This document shows positions 35,401-43,991 of a stretch of DNA of 54,125 bases, in pieces. Each line of letters begins with the position of its first letter. Position 1 is the stretch's first letter. The notes under the pieces are model-generated. The model was not told the origin of the DNA. It saw only the letters and a list, made by a program, of their open reading frames with translations, and searched no databases. Origin of the DNA: Verrucomicrobiales bacterium (GTDB lineage Bacteria; Verrucomicrobiota; Verrucomicrobiia; Limisphaerales; JAQGOV01); the NCBI GenBank assembly GCA_028293425.1, contig JAQGOV010000389.1, positions 1-54,125 on the forward strand, in the 5' to 3' direction. The position numbers were made by a program, and so were the translations under genes.

Positions 35401-38400
35401 GGAAACCATTGGCTGGAATAACGGTTCCCTGAGGGAACTGGTAACCTAATCCCCCAATTTTCCATGTCCTGGCCGGGTTGGCAGGATCAAACAGAGGAAC
35501 GTCGGCACCAGTGATGTTTCGAAGCTCAACAAACTCGTCGAAGCCGAAACCAGGGTGGTAATTGACTTCGTTGATCACCACAGGGCCAACGCGCGGGCCT
35601 GCGTTCGCGTTGCCGAAAGTGCTGCTGATTTGGGCGGGGAACTGCTCCGCGCCCTGGCTGTTAATATAGCGGCCGAACGATACATCTGGATCGGCGGCGT
35701 CAAACGAAAACCCATGGGTGAAGCCGGTCAGGTTTGTGTTGGCATCGCCGGAGAAGAGATAAACCTGCTCGCCGCTGCTGGAGAAACTAAAGCCATTAGT
35801 ACCAAGAGCGTTGGCGTTGGTGCCAAACTGATTCTCATCAACAACCGAATAGCCCAGAGGCGCAATCGTCGTGTGGTCGGGGATGCGGTATTTCATGGGC
35901 TGGCCATTGTCGTCCGTCAGGAACCATCCGCCAACGTCCACAGCAAAGTTATTAGGGTTAAACAATTCCACTTTATCAATGGTCGTAACCGAGTGGGTGA
36001 GCACTTCGTTAATATAAACGATAGGAATTTCCGGAGTGGGATCGTCCGCGCCAGGGGATCCCCCGGCCGAAGCACTGGCACGCCAGTTCACGGCCTCATT
36101 CGCATCCTGATTCGAATTAGGATTCACGGGCACAAGCGAGAAACCAAGACCATCCGGAGCCACGGGCCAGGGAGCAGTGTCGGCATAGGTAAAAGAAACG
36201 ACCGGAGTGCCCAGCGGATGGCTGATGGTGATTTTTTCACCATTATTGTTCAATGCTCCGCCATAAAACCCGTTGACGATCAAGCTCGGGTATTTGGAGA
36301 AGATGTTGGTAGCGCGGGCCAGGACAAAGAATTGTCCCGGAGCCAGCGAGGTGCCGTTCGTGAATGTAAAGGTAATACCATCGGTAAAGCTCAGACCACC
36401 GAGATCAAGTACCTTAGTGCCCGAGTTCTTCAACTCCAGAAACTCATAAAGGTCACCGTTATTGGTGCCAAACTTCGGAGGATTATACATGATTTCGCTC
36501 ACGACCAATTTGGTAAAGTCCTGGGAAACAAAGAACTTGGCTTCCACTAGAGCGCTCCAGGTGTTGCCAAGGGTTTGCACACGCGCCTTCACAGTCACGC
36601 TGCTGTTCAGGATGATTGGGCCGGAGTAGCTGGAAGCAGTCTGAGAAACCGCACCCCCACGTTTCCGAGGATCGGTTCCGTCCAATGTATAATAGATAAT
36701 GCCATCGGGATTTGGATTGCTGATACTGAGGCTGTATCCGCCAGGAACCAGCCCGCCAAATTGGCTGAAAATAGGAGCATTGTTGGTCGGATAGAGGCCT
36801 TGACGGCGCATTTGGCCAAGGAGCACATCTGTGCGGCCAGGCACGAAAGTGTTCAAAACCGTGCTATATGCATTCTGCCAATCGGTGCGATTAAACGGAG
36901 GTTCGCGCTTGGCATCGCCCCAGCGCGCAGCCTCCGCATTAATGGCCTGATAAATTTCATTGCTCCGAACGATGAGCAACTCCTTGGCTCCTTGAGGACT
37001 CAGCGGGCCACCGTTAAAGCAAGCCTTCTGGATATGGTCGGCTGAACGCATCCGCAGCTCGGCATTCCCCCACATCTGCTGGTAAACATATTGAGGGCTG
37101 CTTTTGAGCAGGCCGCCATTGGAAGGAGCACCCGCCGTATAGGGGCCAGTCCGGTCTTCGTTGACGTTCAGCAGAGTATGCTCAGAATCATGAGCCACAA
37201 AGCGAAAGCCGCCATTGGTTCCGCTGCGGTCGCGGAAGCCGAACCAGTTATTAGGGCTGTTGTTACTTAGGAAGTTCGAGATGGGAGCATCCAGGTTGCC
37301 ACCCCAATAAATCACGAGCATATAATCAATGAGGTTATCTACATCGATCAGGTTATCGTAAGCTGGGTTAGGAGTCCCATCGGGATTATTTCCCTGGACC
37401 TTCTCGTAAGCAGCATCGGTGGCCAAGCCCGACACAGCCTGGAACCAAAGATTACTCCAGGCGGCCATGTTACCGTCGGTGGCGTAAATAATATAGCCAT
37501 CGTCTGGAGAGACTTTAATCGTGTCGTAATTATTCTGATCGCCACCATAATAATGAGCTCCGAAATTGGCTTCGGGGCGTTCGTCCGTATTATACAAGCC
37601 CCAATAGGCGCCATTGACGTAAAGATGATAGAAATTGCCATGTGAGCTAGCCTGGCCCATCTTGAGGGACGCATCGCGGCTGAAAACGTCACGCACGCAA
37701 ACCATGCGGGGGTCATTCTGAAAGCTCCAAGAGTAGTTTTGGAGGGTACGCAAATCATACTTGTTGAATTGGTCGGCCGCTTTTGGCCCATAATCCGGAT
37801 ACGGGAATGCAGGATAATTCAAGGTTCCTTCCCCATATTCCTGGCGGAAGAAAAACCGAAAGGCGTGCTTGGGATTGTCCGCGCTGCGACTGAAGCCACC
37901 GCGGATGCGGACGCCGCCATTGATTTGGAATCCCCCATCACCTTCGGGATAAATCAACTCGATGGAACCGGGACGCTCCCAGGCGATCGTGTCCCCGCCA
38001 GGATTTGCATAAATTCCGGTAGCTGGAGCAAACAAATCATTTAAATCCATCACGATCGAATAGGACGGGATTGACTTCAGATCATCCTGAATAGTGGGTT
38101 TTACAGAGGGCAAGTTCACAATATTCGGATCCATGCCGTAGTCGAAAACCTGACCACTCCCGGTCGCCTTGCGTTCCGCCGGCCAACCGGGTCCCGGAGG
38201 AGTCTCGTCCTTTTGAGTGATGACGTCCGCCGTAAAAATATAGGTGTGCGTGACGCTATCCGCAGCCAAGGCTCCCGTTTTGAAAGCGGAAGCGCGGATG
38301 GTGGAAGTATTCGTCACGGTCAAAGGGCCGGTGTAGACTGTGCCAACGGTATTCGACGGAGCACTGCCGTTCAGGGTATAACGGATGGTTGCGGTAGGGT

Positions 38401-40153
38401 CATCGCACGTGATTTCGAGCGTGAAAGGAGCGTTGTAAAAGCCGCGTTTCACGCTGAAGTGAACATCGCCGACGATGTTGCTGATGGAACTGGTGCCGTT
38501 GGCAGCCCGCGGAGTGGGAGGCTGGAAGTAGCGCAAATTGCCATCGGTATCTGGTCCGTATGAATAATTCGCTCGCTGGAGCGGGTAGTTGAACGCGGAT
38601 TGGACCTGGCGAGGATCCGCCGAGTTATAAAGACCCAGATAACCGCCCGTGTTGCTGATTTTAAAGTTGGTGTGGAAGTTGGTTTTGGGAGCGATCGTCG
38701 GAATCCGATCCTTGCCGGAAGCAAAAACAATCAGGTAGGAATTGGGAGCCAGAATGGCCGGGGTGAAAATCCATTTAGCAGGATTGGCCGGATCATCCGT
38801 CAAGGACCAGCCGGCGAGGTTGATGTTGTTCGTTGAGTAATTATAAAGTTCGATCCAGTCCTCGTTTTGGTTATCTTCGTCCCGGAGGCCAGATGTGTTC
38901 GAAGCGAGAAACTCACTAATGCGTACCCCGGTTGAAGCGGCGGTGCGGTCCACAATGTAGGTCCAGTCGCCGCCGGGGAAGCTATTGGCCGGAATGGCAA
39001 GATCCTGAATGCCGTGCCCAACAGCCCATGCCACGGTAATATTGCCCTGAGGGGCTGCGGGGAAAGTGAAGGAGTATTTATTTCCAGGGAGCGCCGTAAC
39101 ACCCGTGGCAGCGGAGCCATTCACCAACAGGTCCGACGCATTCACACCGGTCACGGCTTCGCTGAAAGTAACATCGATTTTATCCAAATTGGTGATTGTG
39201 GCCCCAGGGAACGGGCTGTAGGCAATGATGGAAGGAGGGGTCTGGTCAACCAGCGAGTACTGGGCCTTGCTGCCAGGAAGCGTTTCATTAAAATTATTAG
39301 GAGTTGGATAACCTGCATCCACAATGCCATGACCGTTGGCCCAAGTGATTTGGATTGGTCCGTAGGGTGGCTGGGGAAAAGTGAATGTATACGCGCTGCC
39401 GGCCCCGGTAACGCCGGTTGCAGGAACGCCATTCACCAACAGGTCCGATGCATCCACGCCAGTAACGGGCTCACTGAAGCCGACCGACAACTGGGTGAAG
39501 CTGCCGACGGTGCTTCCCGAGGAAGGAGTAAAATTGCTCAGGGTTGGCGGGGTTGAATCAGGGGAAATCGAAGTAAGACGTAAGTCGATGGTGAAATCGG
39601 AACTGCCTGAAAGCGCTGAGTTAAAGGCCATCACGGAAATCACGTTTGTTCCGAGGACGAGGAAGCTGGCGGGATTATTGTTGGTAACTATTTGAAAAGG
39701 GACCGGCTCGCCAAGCGCACCTGAGGCGGTGTTTGTAATGTAAAGCTGGCCAGCAGGCATATTAAATCGGTGGATTTCCGTTCCATTCACCGCAGCCACG
39801 AAACCGTCATCGGAAACTGCTTCCAATTTGAGCTGAACGATTTCCGCCAAATTGGTGATGACGAAAGTGCGGCGCATGAAAATGCAAGTATATAAGCCGT
39901 TCATGTCCGTCAGCACCGTGTTTCCCGTGTAGGAGTTGGCGTCACTGGTAGTATCGTAATAAAGCGGCGCTTGGCCCGTCGCCCAGGCGGAGTCATCAAA
40001 CCCGATATTTTTCCAGGCATTCACGTCCGGGGAAGATGCTTCGGCCGTTCCCTTGAGGTATTTCCAGGTTGAATTGGTAGGAAAGAGCTCAGCAGCTTGC
40101 GAGGCGGCGAGGGTCGCTAAGAAGACCAAAAGAGACAGAGTCAGCTTTTTCAT
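32417..40153 (-). CDS. Giant secreted CotH-kinase-family / lamin-tail / PA14 / Ig-repeat protein (2578 aa)
   Basis: Signal peptide. The CotH core spans roughly nt 36790-38130 (IPSYSIVMD.., FYHLYVNGAYWGLYNTDERPE, FRFVAHDSEHTL). There are four LTD units (e.g. VRISEFLASN..DWIELYNYS..LAGWSLTDD). Two chitobiase-C-like units are present (ATIRYTLNGSAPS, GIIYYTLDGTDP). PA14 spans roughly nt 34360-34800 (GTGLVGEYWSN..FSARWTG..SDDGERLYIN). About 8 Ig-like repeats follow, then an acidic DSDGDGVPD motif. The C-terminal module ends NRFYRIVTPQLP. Confidence 0.85.
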   Translation of the reverse strand: MKKLTLSLLVFLATLAASQAAELFPTNSTWKYLKGTAEASSPDVNAWKNIGFDDSAWATGQAPLYYDTTSDANSYTGNTVLTDMNGLYTCIFMRRTFVITNLAEIVQLKLEAVSDDGFVAAVNGTEIHRFNMPAGQLYITNTASGALGEPVPFQIVTNNNPASFLVLGTNVISVMAFNSALSGSSDFTIDLRLTSISPDSTPPTLSNFTPSSGSTVGSFTQLSVGFSEPVTGVDASDLLVNGVPATGVTGAGSAYTFTFPQPPYGPIQITWANGHGIVDAGYPTPNNFNETLPGSKAQYSLVDQTPPSIIAYSPFPGATITNLDKIDVTFSEAVTGVNASDLLVNGSAATGVTALPGNKYSFTFPAAPQGNITVAWAVGHGIQDLAIPANSFPGGDWTYIVDRTAASTGVRISEFLASNTSGLRDEDNQNEDWIELYNYSTNNINLAGWSLTDDPANPAKWIFTPAILAPNSYLIVFASGKDRIPTIAPKTNFHTNFKISNTGGYLGLYNSADPRQVQSAFNYPLQRANYSYGPDTDGNLRYFQPPTPRAANGTSSISNIVGDVHFSVKRGFYNAPFTLEITCDDPTATIRYTLNGSAPSNTVGTVYTGPLTVTNTSTIRASAFKTGALAADSVTHTYIFTADVITQKDETPPGPGWPAERKATGSGQVFDYGMDPNIVNLPSVKPTIQDDLKSIPSYSIVMDLNDLFAPATGIYANPGGDTIAWERPGSIELIYPEGDGGFQINGGVRIRGGFSRSADNPKHAFRFFFRQEYGEGTLNYPAFPYPDYGPKAADQFNKYDLRTLQNYSWSFQNDPRMVCVRDVFSRDASLKMGQASSHGNFYHLYVNGAYWGLYNTDERPEANFGAHYYGGDQNNYDTIKVSPDDGYIIYATDGNMAAWSNLWFQAVSGLATDAAYEKVQGNNPDGTPNPAYDNLIDVDNLIDYMLVIYWGGNLDAPISNFLSNNSPNNWFGFRDRSGTNGGFRFVAHDSEHTLLNVNEDRTGPYTAGAPSNGGLLKSSPQYVYQQMWGNAELRMRSADHIQKACFNGGPLSPQGAKELLIVRSNEIYQAINAEAARWGDAKREPPFNRTDWQNAYSTVLNTFVPGRTDVLLGQMRRQGLYPTNNAPIFSQFGGLVPGGYSLSISNPNPDGIIYYTLDGTDPRKRGGAVSQTASSYSGPIILNSSVTVKARVQTLGNTWSALVEAKFFVSQDFTKLVVSEIMYNPPKFGTNNGDLYEFLELKNSGTKVLDLGGLSFTDGITFTFTNGTSLAPGQFFVLARATNIFSKYPSLIVNGFYGGALNNNGEKITISHPLGTPVVSFTYADTAPWPVAPDGLGFSLVPVNPNSNQDANEAVNWRASASAGGSPGADDPTPEIPIVYINEVLTHSVTTIDKVELFNPNNFAVDVGGWFLTDDNGQPMKYRIPDHTTIAPLGYSVVDENQFGTNANALGTNGFSFSSSGEQVYLFSGDANTNLTGFTHGFSFDAADPDVSFGRYINSQGAEQFPAQISSTFGNANAGPRVGPVVINEVNYHPGFGFDEFVELRNITGADVPLFDPANPARTWKIGGLGYQFPQGTVIPANGFLVVAGISSATFRTKYNVSANVEVQGPFTGVLQDNGETLVLQKPETPPGTNGIHYITVDAVRYNDKAPWPVSAAGAGPSLQRLNPIVYGNDPNNWFASGITPGRTNVFNSAPTVSISTPTNNSTIVIPAALILQAAASDVDGSILNVEYFQNGVKIGESAVFPYTLAVSNLSEGVYSFSARAIDSGFSVTESAPITVNVRFPGTGNGTGLVGEYWSNNGSGNPFTAPPTLTRLDPTINFDWGTTSPDPLISVDTFSARWTGTIQPRYTDTYVFYPSSDDGERLYINNVRILDSWIDQGTTEHPSTPIYMIAGQNYSIKMEFYENGGGAAAQLRWGASFLPKEIVPTSQLFPVGLPVIVNQFTNQFFAAVGSNFVLSSPLLGASPFSVNWFSNGVPFASFPSIPTNGITSITLTNVQMANAGQYYFVVSNVFGSVTSLVANVTVGAPVAITSVLPSSQTVQEGTDVGFAVGVSGTPPFTYIWTRGTFPGGNFVTNVSSFPNDSILLPSISYTNNGATYRVTVSNPYGPAVTSSGTINVLFAPKIVTVPTNLFVGVGSNFTVTASATANPAPTYFWYFNNTNLVLAGTNRFTLSNAVPASAGTYSVVASNTFGRTTGLVANVTIGYSPFVTVQPDPVYNILQGTTANISLSVTGSFPMGAQLRRSGVAVATTSVSGNNVTISLPNIQISQANSAYTVKLTNDFNRSGVITPAFTINVVFPPSFAKQPANANVAFGATASFTAIAVGNPAPSFQWYFNQTNLIVGATNVTLGTNTSLDITNAQAANSGLYSVVASNIFGVATSAVATLNLPLPPQIVVQPQSLVVAAGSNVVLRVTATGNPTLRYQWQFNGTNLGGSLTSPNLLIANVQPSINEGTYAVVITNTLGQVMSDTITLVVDSDGDGVPDSQEIQAGTDPNNPNSLLKISTAAVANNGGAILQFVAASNKSYTLLSRATVNAGTWVGLTNIAPAAVDRTITITNAPPVGVNRFYRIVTPQLP

Positions 40154-40484
40154 GGTACAAGCCCGATTTTCCGCATTTTACTACTTTTATACCCACGTAG
40201 AAACACATCTGGCTGCGCGCATACAGGCATGCCAATGCCAAGCCAATGACTTCATCTGCGTGTGTAGTTGGTTACAAAACCTCTTATAGCGCGTTACATT
40301 CGAAATGAAAAGAAAAGATTCAAAAAAACGCTTCTTTTTATGAAAGCTAATCACGGATGGGGGATTGTGGACCATCCCATGCAAGATGACAGAACGCACC
40401 AGGCCCTCCTGAAGCAGAGGCATTAGTCAAAGTTATAGCCAGTCAATGTCATTTAACCCGGGGATCGGCAGCTCCAAGGCCTTT

Positions 40485-40913
40485 TTAAACTTTGCGCGGT
40501 TCTGAGGCAACTGCCAGGTTCGTGGTTTGGCGCAACCGTGAAACACGTTTTAAAAGGAAGACGAGCAGGCAGAGGCAGAGGCACAATCCGGCTGCCATGA
40601 GGATTTCCCCAATCTTGGGAGAAAAGATAAGGATGAAATCCTTCCCCTTAACCAGCGCGGCAAAACTGGAGACGCAAAAGGGCATCAGAAAGAGCCTGAA
40701 TGTGGGCCACGGTTCGAGCCTTACCTTTTTGGCTGAACCTGCCGTGGTGCTAATATAAAGGGCAATCCCAATGATCAAACTTAAGCCCAACGATGTCAGC
40801 CAAAGCCGGGGACTCGGGTCAAAATAGCGGACGAGGACCACCAAGTACCAGATGAAGTAACACCATAGAACTAGTCGGCCAGTCGTGAGATTTGAAAGAT
40901 AGCGGAAGAGCAT
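40485..40913 (-). CDS. Small integral membrane protein, hypothetical
   Basis: 142 aa with about 4 hydrophobic helices. It lies 24 nt downstream of the EamA gene on the same strand. No recognisable motif. Confidence 0.5.
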   Translation of the reverse strand: MLFRYLSNLTTGRLVLWCYFIWYLVVLVRYFDPSPRLWLTSLGLSLIIGIALYISTTAGSAKKVRLEPWPTFRLFLMPFCVSSFAALVKGKDFILIFSPKIGEILMAAGLCLCLCLLVFLLKRVSRLRQTTNLAVASEPRKV

Positions 40914-40937
40914 GGTAATTATTGAAGCGCGACCGGG

Positions 40938-41876
40938 TTAGTCTTTTGCCACCACCTGGAGCGGGAGGGGCACAGGGCGGAGAGTTTCTGATTTTGAGGT
41001 CGAGCCGCGCGTTAAACCAATCGCCAAACCCGCAACAATAGCCGCAGCCCCCCAGAATTGACCGGAATGAAACGACTCTTTCAGCCAGAAAACGGAAAGC
41101 AGCCAACCGGCCATGGGTTGCATGAGCACAGTGAGCCCGGCGATGTTCACTTCCGTTTCACGAATCACGAGAAACCAAAGGGTGTAACCGACCACGGTGC
41201 ACACCACCGCCAGATAAATTAGCCACATCCACGCTGAAAGTGGCATCGTTTGAACCGCTTGAAATGCATTCGCGCCAGGCTTGCCAAGTTCAATGCAAAC
41301 ATTAACGACAGTGCCGGAAACCAAGGCCGCTCCAACCAGCTTCATGGGATTGCTTTTTTCAAGCAGCGGCTTGCCTATCACGGAATAGAAGGTTTCGCAA
41401 ACCATGGAGAGTATGAAGAGTGTATTGGCGAGCAATCCTTTGAGGGGCATGTCCCCCTGCCAAATCCTGGAAAGCAAAACCACTCCGAGCATCCCGACTC
41501 CACAACCCCACCACCGGCGGGCAGGAACTTTTTCGCGCAGAAACAACGCAGCGGCAAAAGCAGTCAGCAACGGATCCAAAGCCATCAGCAATGAGGTATC
41601 CCCTGCCTTTCCAAGATGAACCGCCTCTACCTGCAAACGCGGGGCAATGCAGAAAACAATGACCCCCATGGCGAAAACGCGAAGCCATTCCCGGGCCTGC
41701 GGACCTTTACCGGGAAGCCAGGGCCACGCAGCGATCAGGCAAAGGGCGGCAATGGCAAAGCGGATCGTTGCAATGCTGCCCGAATCAATGTGCTCCCCGA
41801 GGACCTTGAAGATGGCGTAGGAACCTGCCCAGAGCAGATTCATGCCGATCAACAATGCCACAAAAAGGGTCTTCAT
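40938..41876 (-). CDS. EamA/DMT-family transporter
   Basis: About 10 hydrophobic helices in two EamA-like halves. ATG 41876 (MKTLFVALLIGMNLLWAGSYAIFK) is preferred over the track start at 41924. Confidence 0.8.
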   Translation of the reverse strand: MKTLFVALLIGMNLLWAGSYAIFKVLGEHIDSGSIATIRFAIAALCLIAAWPWLPGKGPQAREWLRVFAMGVIVFCIAPRLQVEAVHLGKAGDTSLLMALDPLLTAFAAALFLREKVPARRWWGCGVGMLGVVLLSRIWQGDMPLKGLLANTLFILSMVCETFYSVIGKPLLEKSNPMKLVGAALVSGTVVNVCIELGKPGANAFQAVQTMPLSAWMWLIYLAVVCTVVGYTLWFLVIRETEVNIAGLTVLMQPMAGWLLSVFWLKESFHSGQFWGAAAIVAGLAIGLTRGSTSKSETLRPVPLPLQVVAKD

Positions 41877-41942
41877 CGCGTGTTGACATATGTAAGGCAC
41901 GGGTGCAGGAATGCCAAGGGTCAAAGTGGATCTTTGTAGGCT

Positions 41943-43991
41943 TCACGGCAGAGATTGGGCAAAAGCGGAGAATCCAACGCGCACGCGCTGCGGGGCATTT
42001 TTAAGCAAGTTTTGAAAATGCGCCTCGCGGACATCCTTTCCGGCTTTTTGCCAGAGACCCGCAGCCTGAGCAGCGACGGCTTCATCGTACGCTTCCAGGT
42101 CCCGCAGAAGTTGTTCAGGTTTTTCCAAGGTTCGGTCGACCACACTGGCTGCGTAAGCGCGAGCTGGGGTGAACTTTTTATCTCCATCTCCATCGATCCA
42201 AATAGGATTCGTCGCACCAATCACGAGAGGCTTCCAGATTTTAGCGGCAGGTTGGTAAGGCCGGGGAATGGCCCAGTAAGGTGCGGAAACCCCGGGACCG
42301 GTTGCAATAGCCACTAGATATTGATCATGACGGGGGGGCGGAATTTTCCAGATCACGCGTGCCTTTTCGACAGAGCTGGAGGGTTTGATTTTTTCCTCCC
42401 TGACTTTATGTCCGTTGGCAAACAACTCCACTTTGTCCGCACTGATCCAGCTGGGGCCTTGCACCACGACGCTGACTTCGAGTTGATCGCCTAAATGAGT
42501 CGCTAGGTCACCAACATGATAGCGGCCATTCACCGTTATATCGGTGAGCAACCCCATGCTGATGAGGGCGCGTCCCGCTTTCAGATTTTTACATGCTTGC
42601 GCAATATCGATCCGGTCCGGACGATTGTCCGGACAGGTAATATAGGTGCGCCCCTGGCCAATAATGTAGCGGCTTACGTCGTGTCCATCGCTTGATCCAA
42701 CCCCAGTGATTTTGTGGCCGGCATTCAACAAAGCAAACCAGCCCTCAAAAACTCCCATGAACTCGGTTTGCAAGGCGCTGCTGTTTACCAGCTCCATGGC
42801 ATCAAAATCAAAGTCCAGAACGCGCAGGCTGTCCCCGGTCACACGATTGAAGTTCGTTGGAGCAAAGGGTTGAAAACCATTGTGGATATTCAGCGGATGA
42901 TTAAGGACTACTACTTCAACGCCAGGAGTAGAGCGTATCGCTTTCAGCAGCGCGGGCCACGGTTCCGTTTTTTCGTCCGGCACTTTGCTGCCCAAGCGGA
43001 TGGGAAAAACATTAAAGTGGGCCGTTTTGGTAGTGACTTCATCCCCTGTGACGGGCGTGAGCCAGGCCCGCACCCCCGTTTCAATGGAAGGAGCAGAAAG
43101 ATCGGAAAAGATATTGTGGTCGGTTGCGATCGGTAATTCGATCCCCTCCCCTGCCAGGGTCACAGCACGTTCCTGCAAGGTGGCATCACCATGACGGCTA
43201 AGAGAAAAAGTGTGCACATGCGTATCACAGGCTACTAACCCGGGTGTCTGCACTTCACGCGAGAGGCTCAGTTGAACCGCTTTAGTCTCGTTCGGGCCAA
43301 TCGAAACGGTGTTGCTGGCCAGGCCAAATTCAAATCCTCGTGTGGCATAAATGGTGTAGGTGCCCGGCAACAAGCCGATGCTGGCGCGGCCATTGCCCGT
43401 ATAAACAACCCCGGGCCGGGCGGCGATATTCGGGCTCGGAGTTGCTTGCAAGGCGACCAGGGCACCCTGTTGATCCACGATGGTCAAACGGCAAGGCAAT
43501 CCAACCTTTTGTTCCGGGCTCGTCACCTGCACATCCAAATGAGCCTGGGTGAGCGATTGCCTAACAGGAGTGTCAGCAATGCGAATTTCGCCTACGAAAA
43601 TATCATCCACTTCCTTTGGAGGCAAAATCGAAAGCACATTCTCGCCGTCACGCAAGGTTCCTGAGGGCACACGCAGCGTATGAATCAAGGAAGCTTCCAT
43701 CGTGAACAACTTGCCGATTTTCCGACCGTTCAGTTCCACGTTCCAATCCTGCTTCACATCATCCTGCCACAGGAATAGAGTTGCTTCCGATGCATTTGGC
43801 TGACCCTTGAACTTGACGTCCAATCGCTGCCCGTCCAAGGGTTGGCTGGCGAAAATATCGTATTCAGGGTTGCCGGCTGCGCCCAGGTGAAATCGGCGCG
43901 GCTCAATCGTGCGCAGGGCCGCTGGGCAAAGGTTTGCGAGCAGTGCGGGCAATACGATGCAGAGAAGAGTGGCCAACCTCATACGTTCCAT
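41943..43991 (-). CDS. Secreted PHP-domain (CehA/McbA-like) metallohydrolase with N- and C-terminal beta-rich domains
   Basis: Signal peptide. CDTHVHTFSLSRHGDATLQERAV..LPIATDHN resembles the PHP His/Asp metal motif, and a later GSSDGHD is present. The start overlaps the upstream gene by 13 nt. Confidence 0.6.
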   Translation of the reverse strand: MERMRLATLLCIVLPALLANLCPAALRTIEPRRFHLGAAGNPEYDIFASQPLDGQRLDVKFKGQPNASEATLFLWQDDVKQDWNVELNGRKIGKLFTMEASLIHTLRVPSGTLRDGENVLSILPPKEVDDIFVGEIRIADTPVRQSLTQAHLDVQVTSPEQKVGLPCRLTIVDQQGALVALQATPSPNIAARPGVVYTGNGRASIGLLPGTYTIYATRGFEFGLASNTVSIGPNETKAVQLSLSREVQTPGLVACDTHVHTFSLSRHGDATLQERAVTLAGEGIELPIATDHNIFSDLSAPSIETGVRAWLTPVTGDEVTTKTAHFNVFPIRLGSKVPDEKTEPWPALLKAIRSTPGVEVVVLNHPLNIHNGFQPFAPTNFNRVTGDSLRVLDFDFDAMELVNSSALQTEFMGVFEGWFALLNAGHKITGVGSSDGHDVSRYIIGQGRTYITCPDNRPDRIDIAQACKNLKAGRALISMGLLTDITVNGRYHVGDLATHLGDQLEVSVVVQGPSWISADKVELFANGHKVREEKIKPSSSVEKARVIWKIPPPRHDQYLVAIATGPGVSAPYWAIPRPYQPAAKIWKPLVIGATNPIWIDGDGDKKFTPARAYAASVVDRTLEKPEQLLRDLEAYDEAVAAQAAGLWQKAGKDVREAHFQNLLKNAPQRVRVGFSAFAQSLP

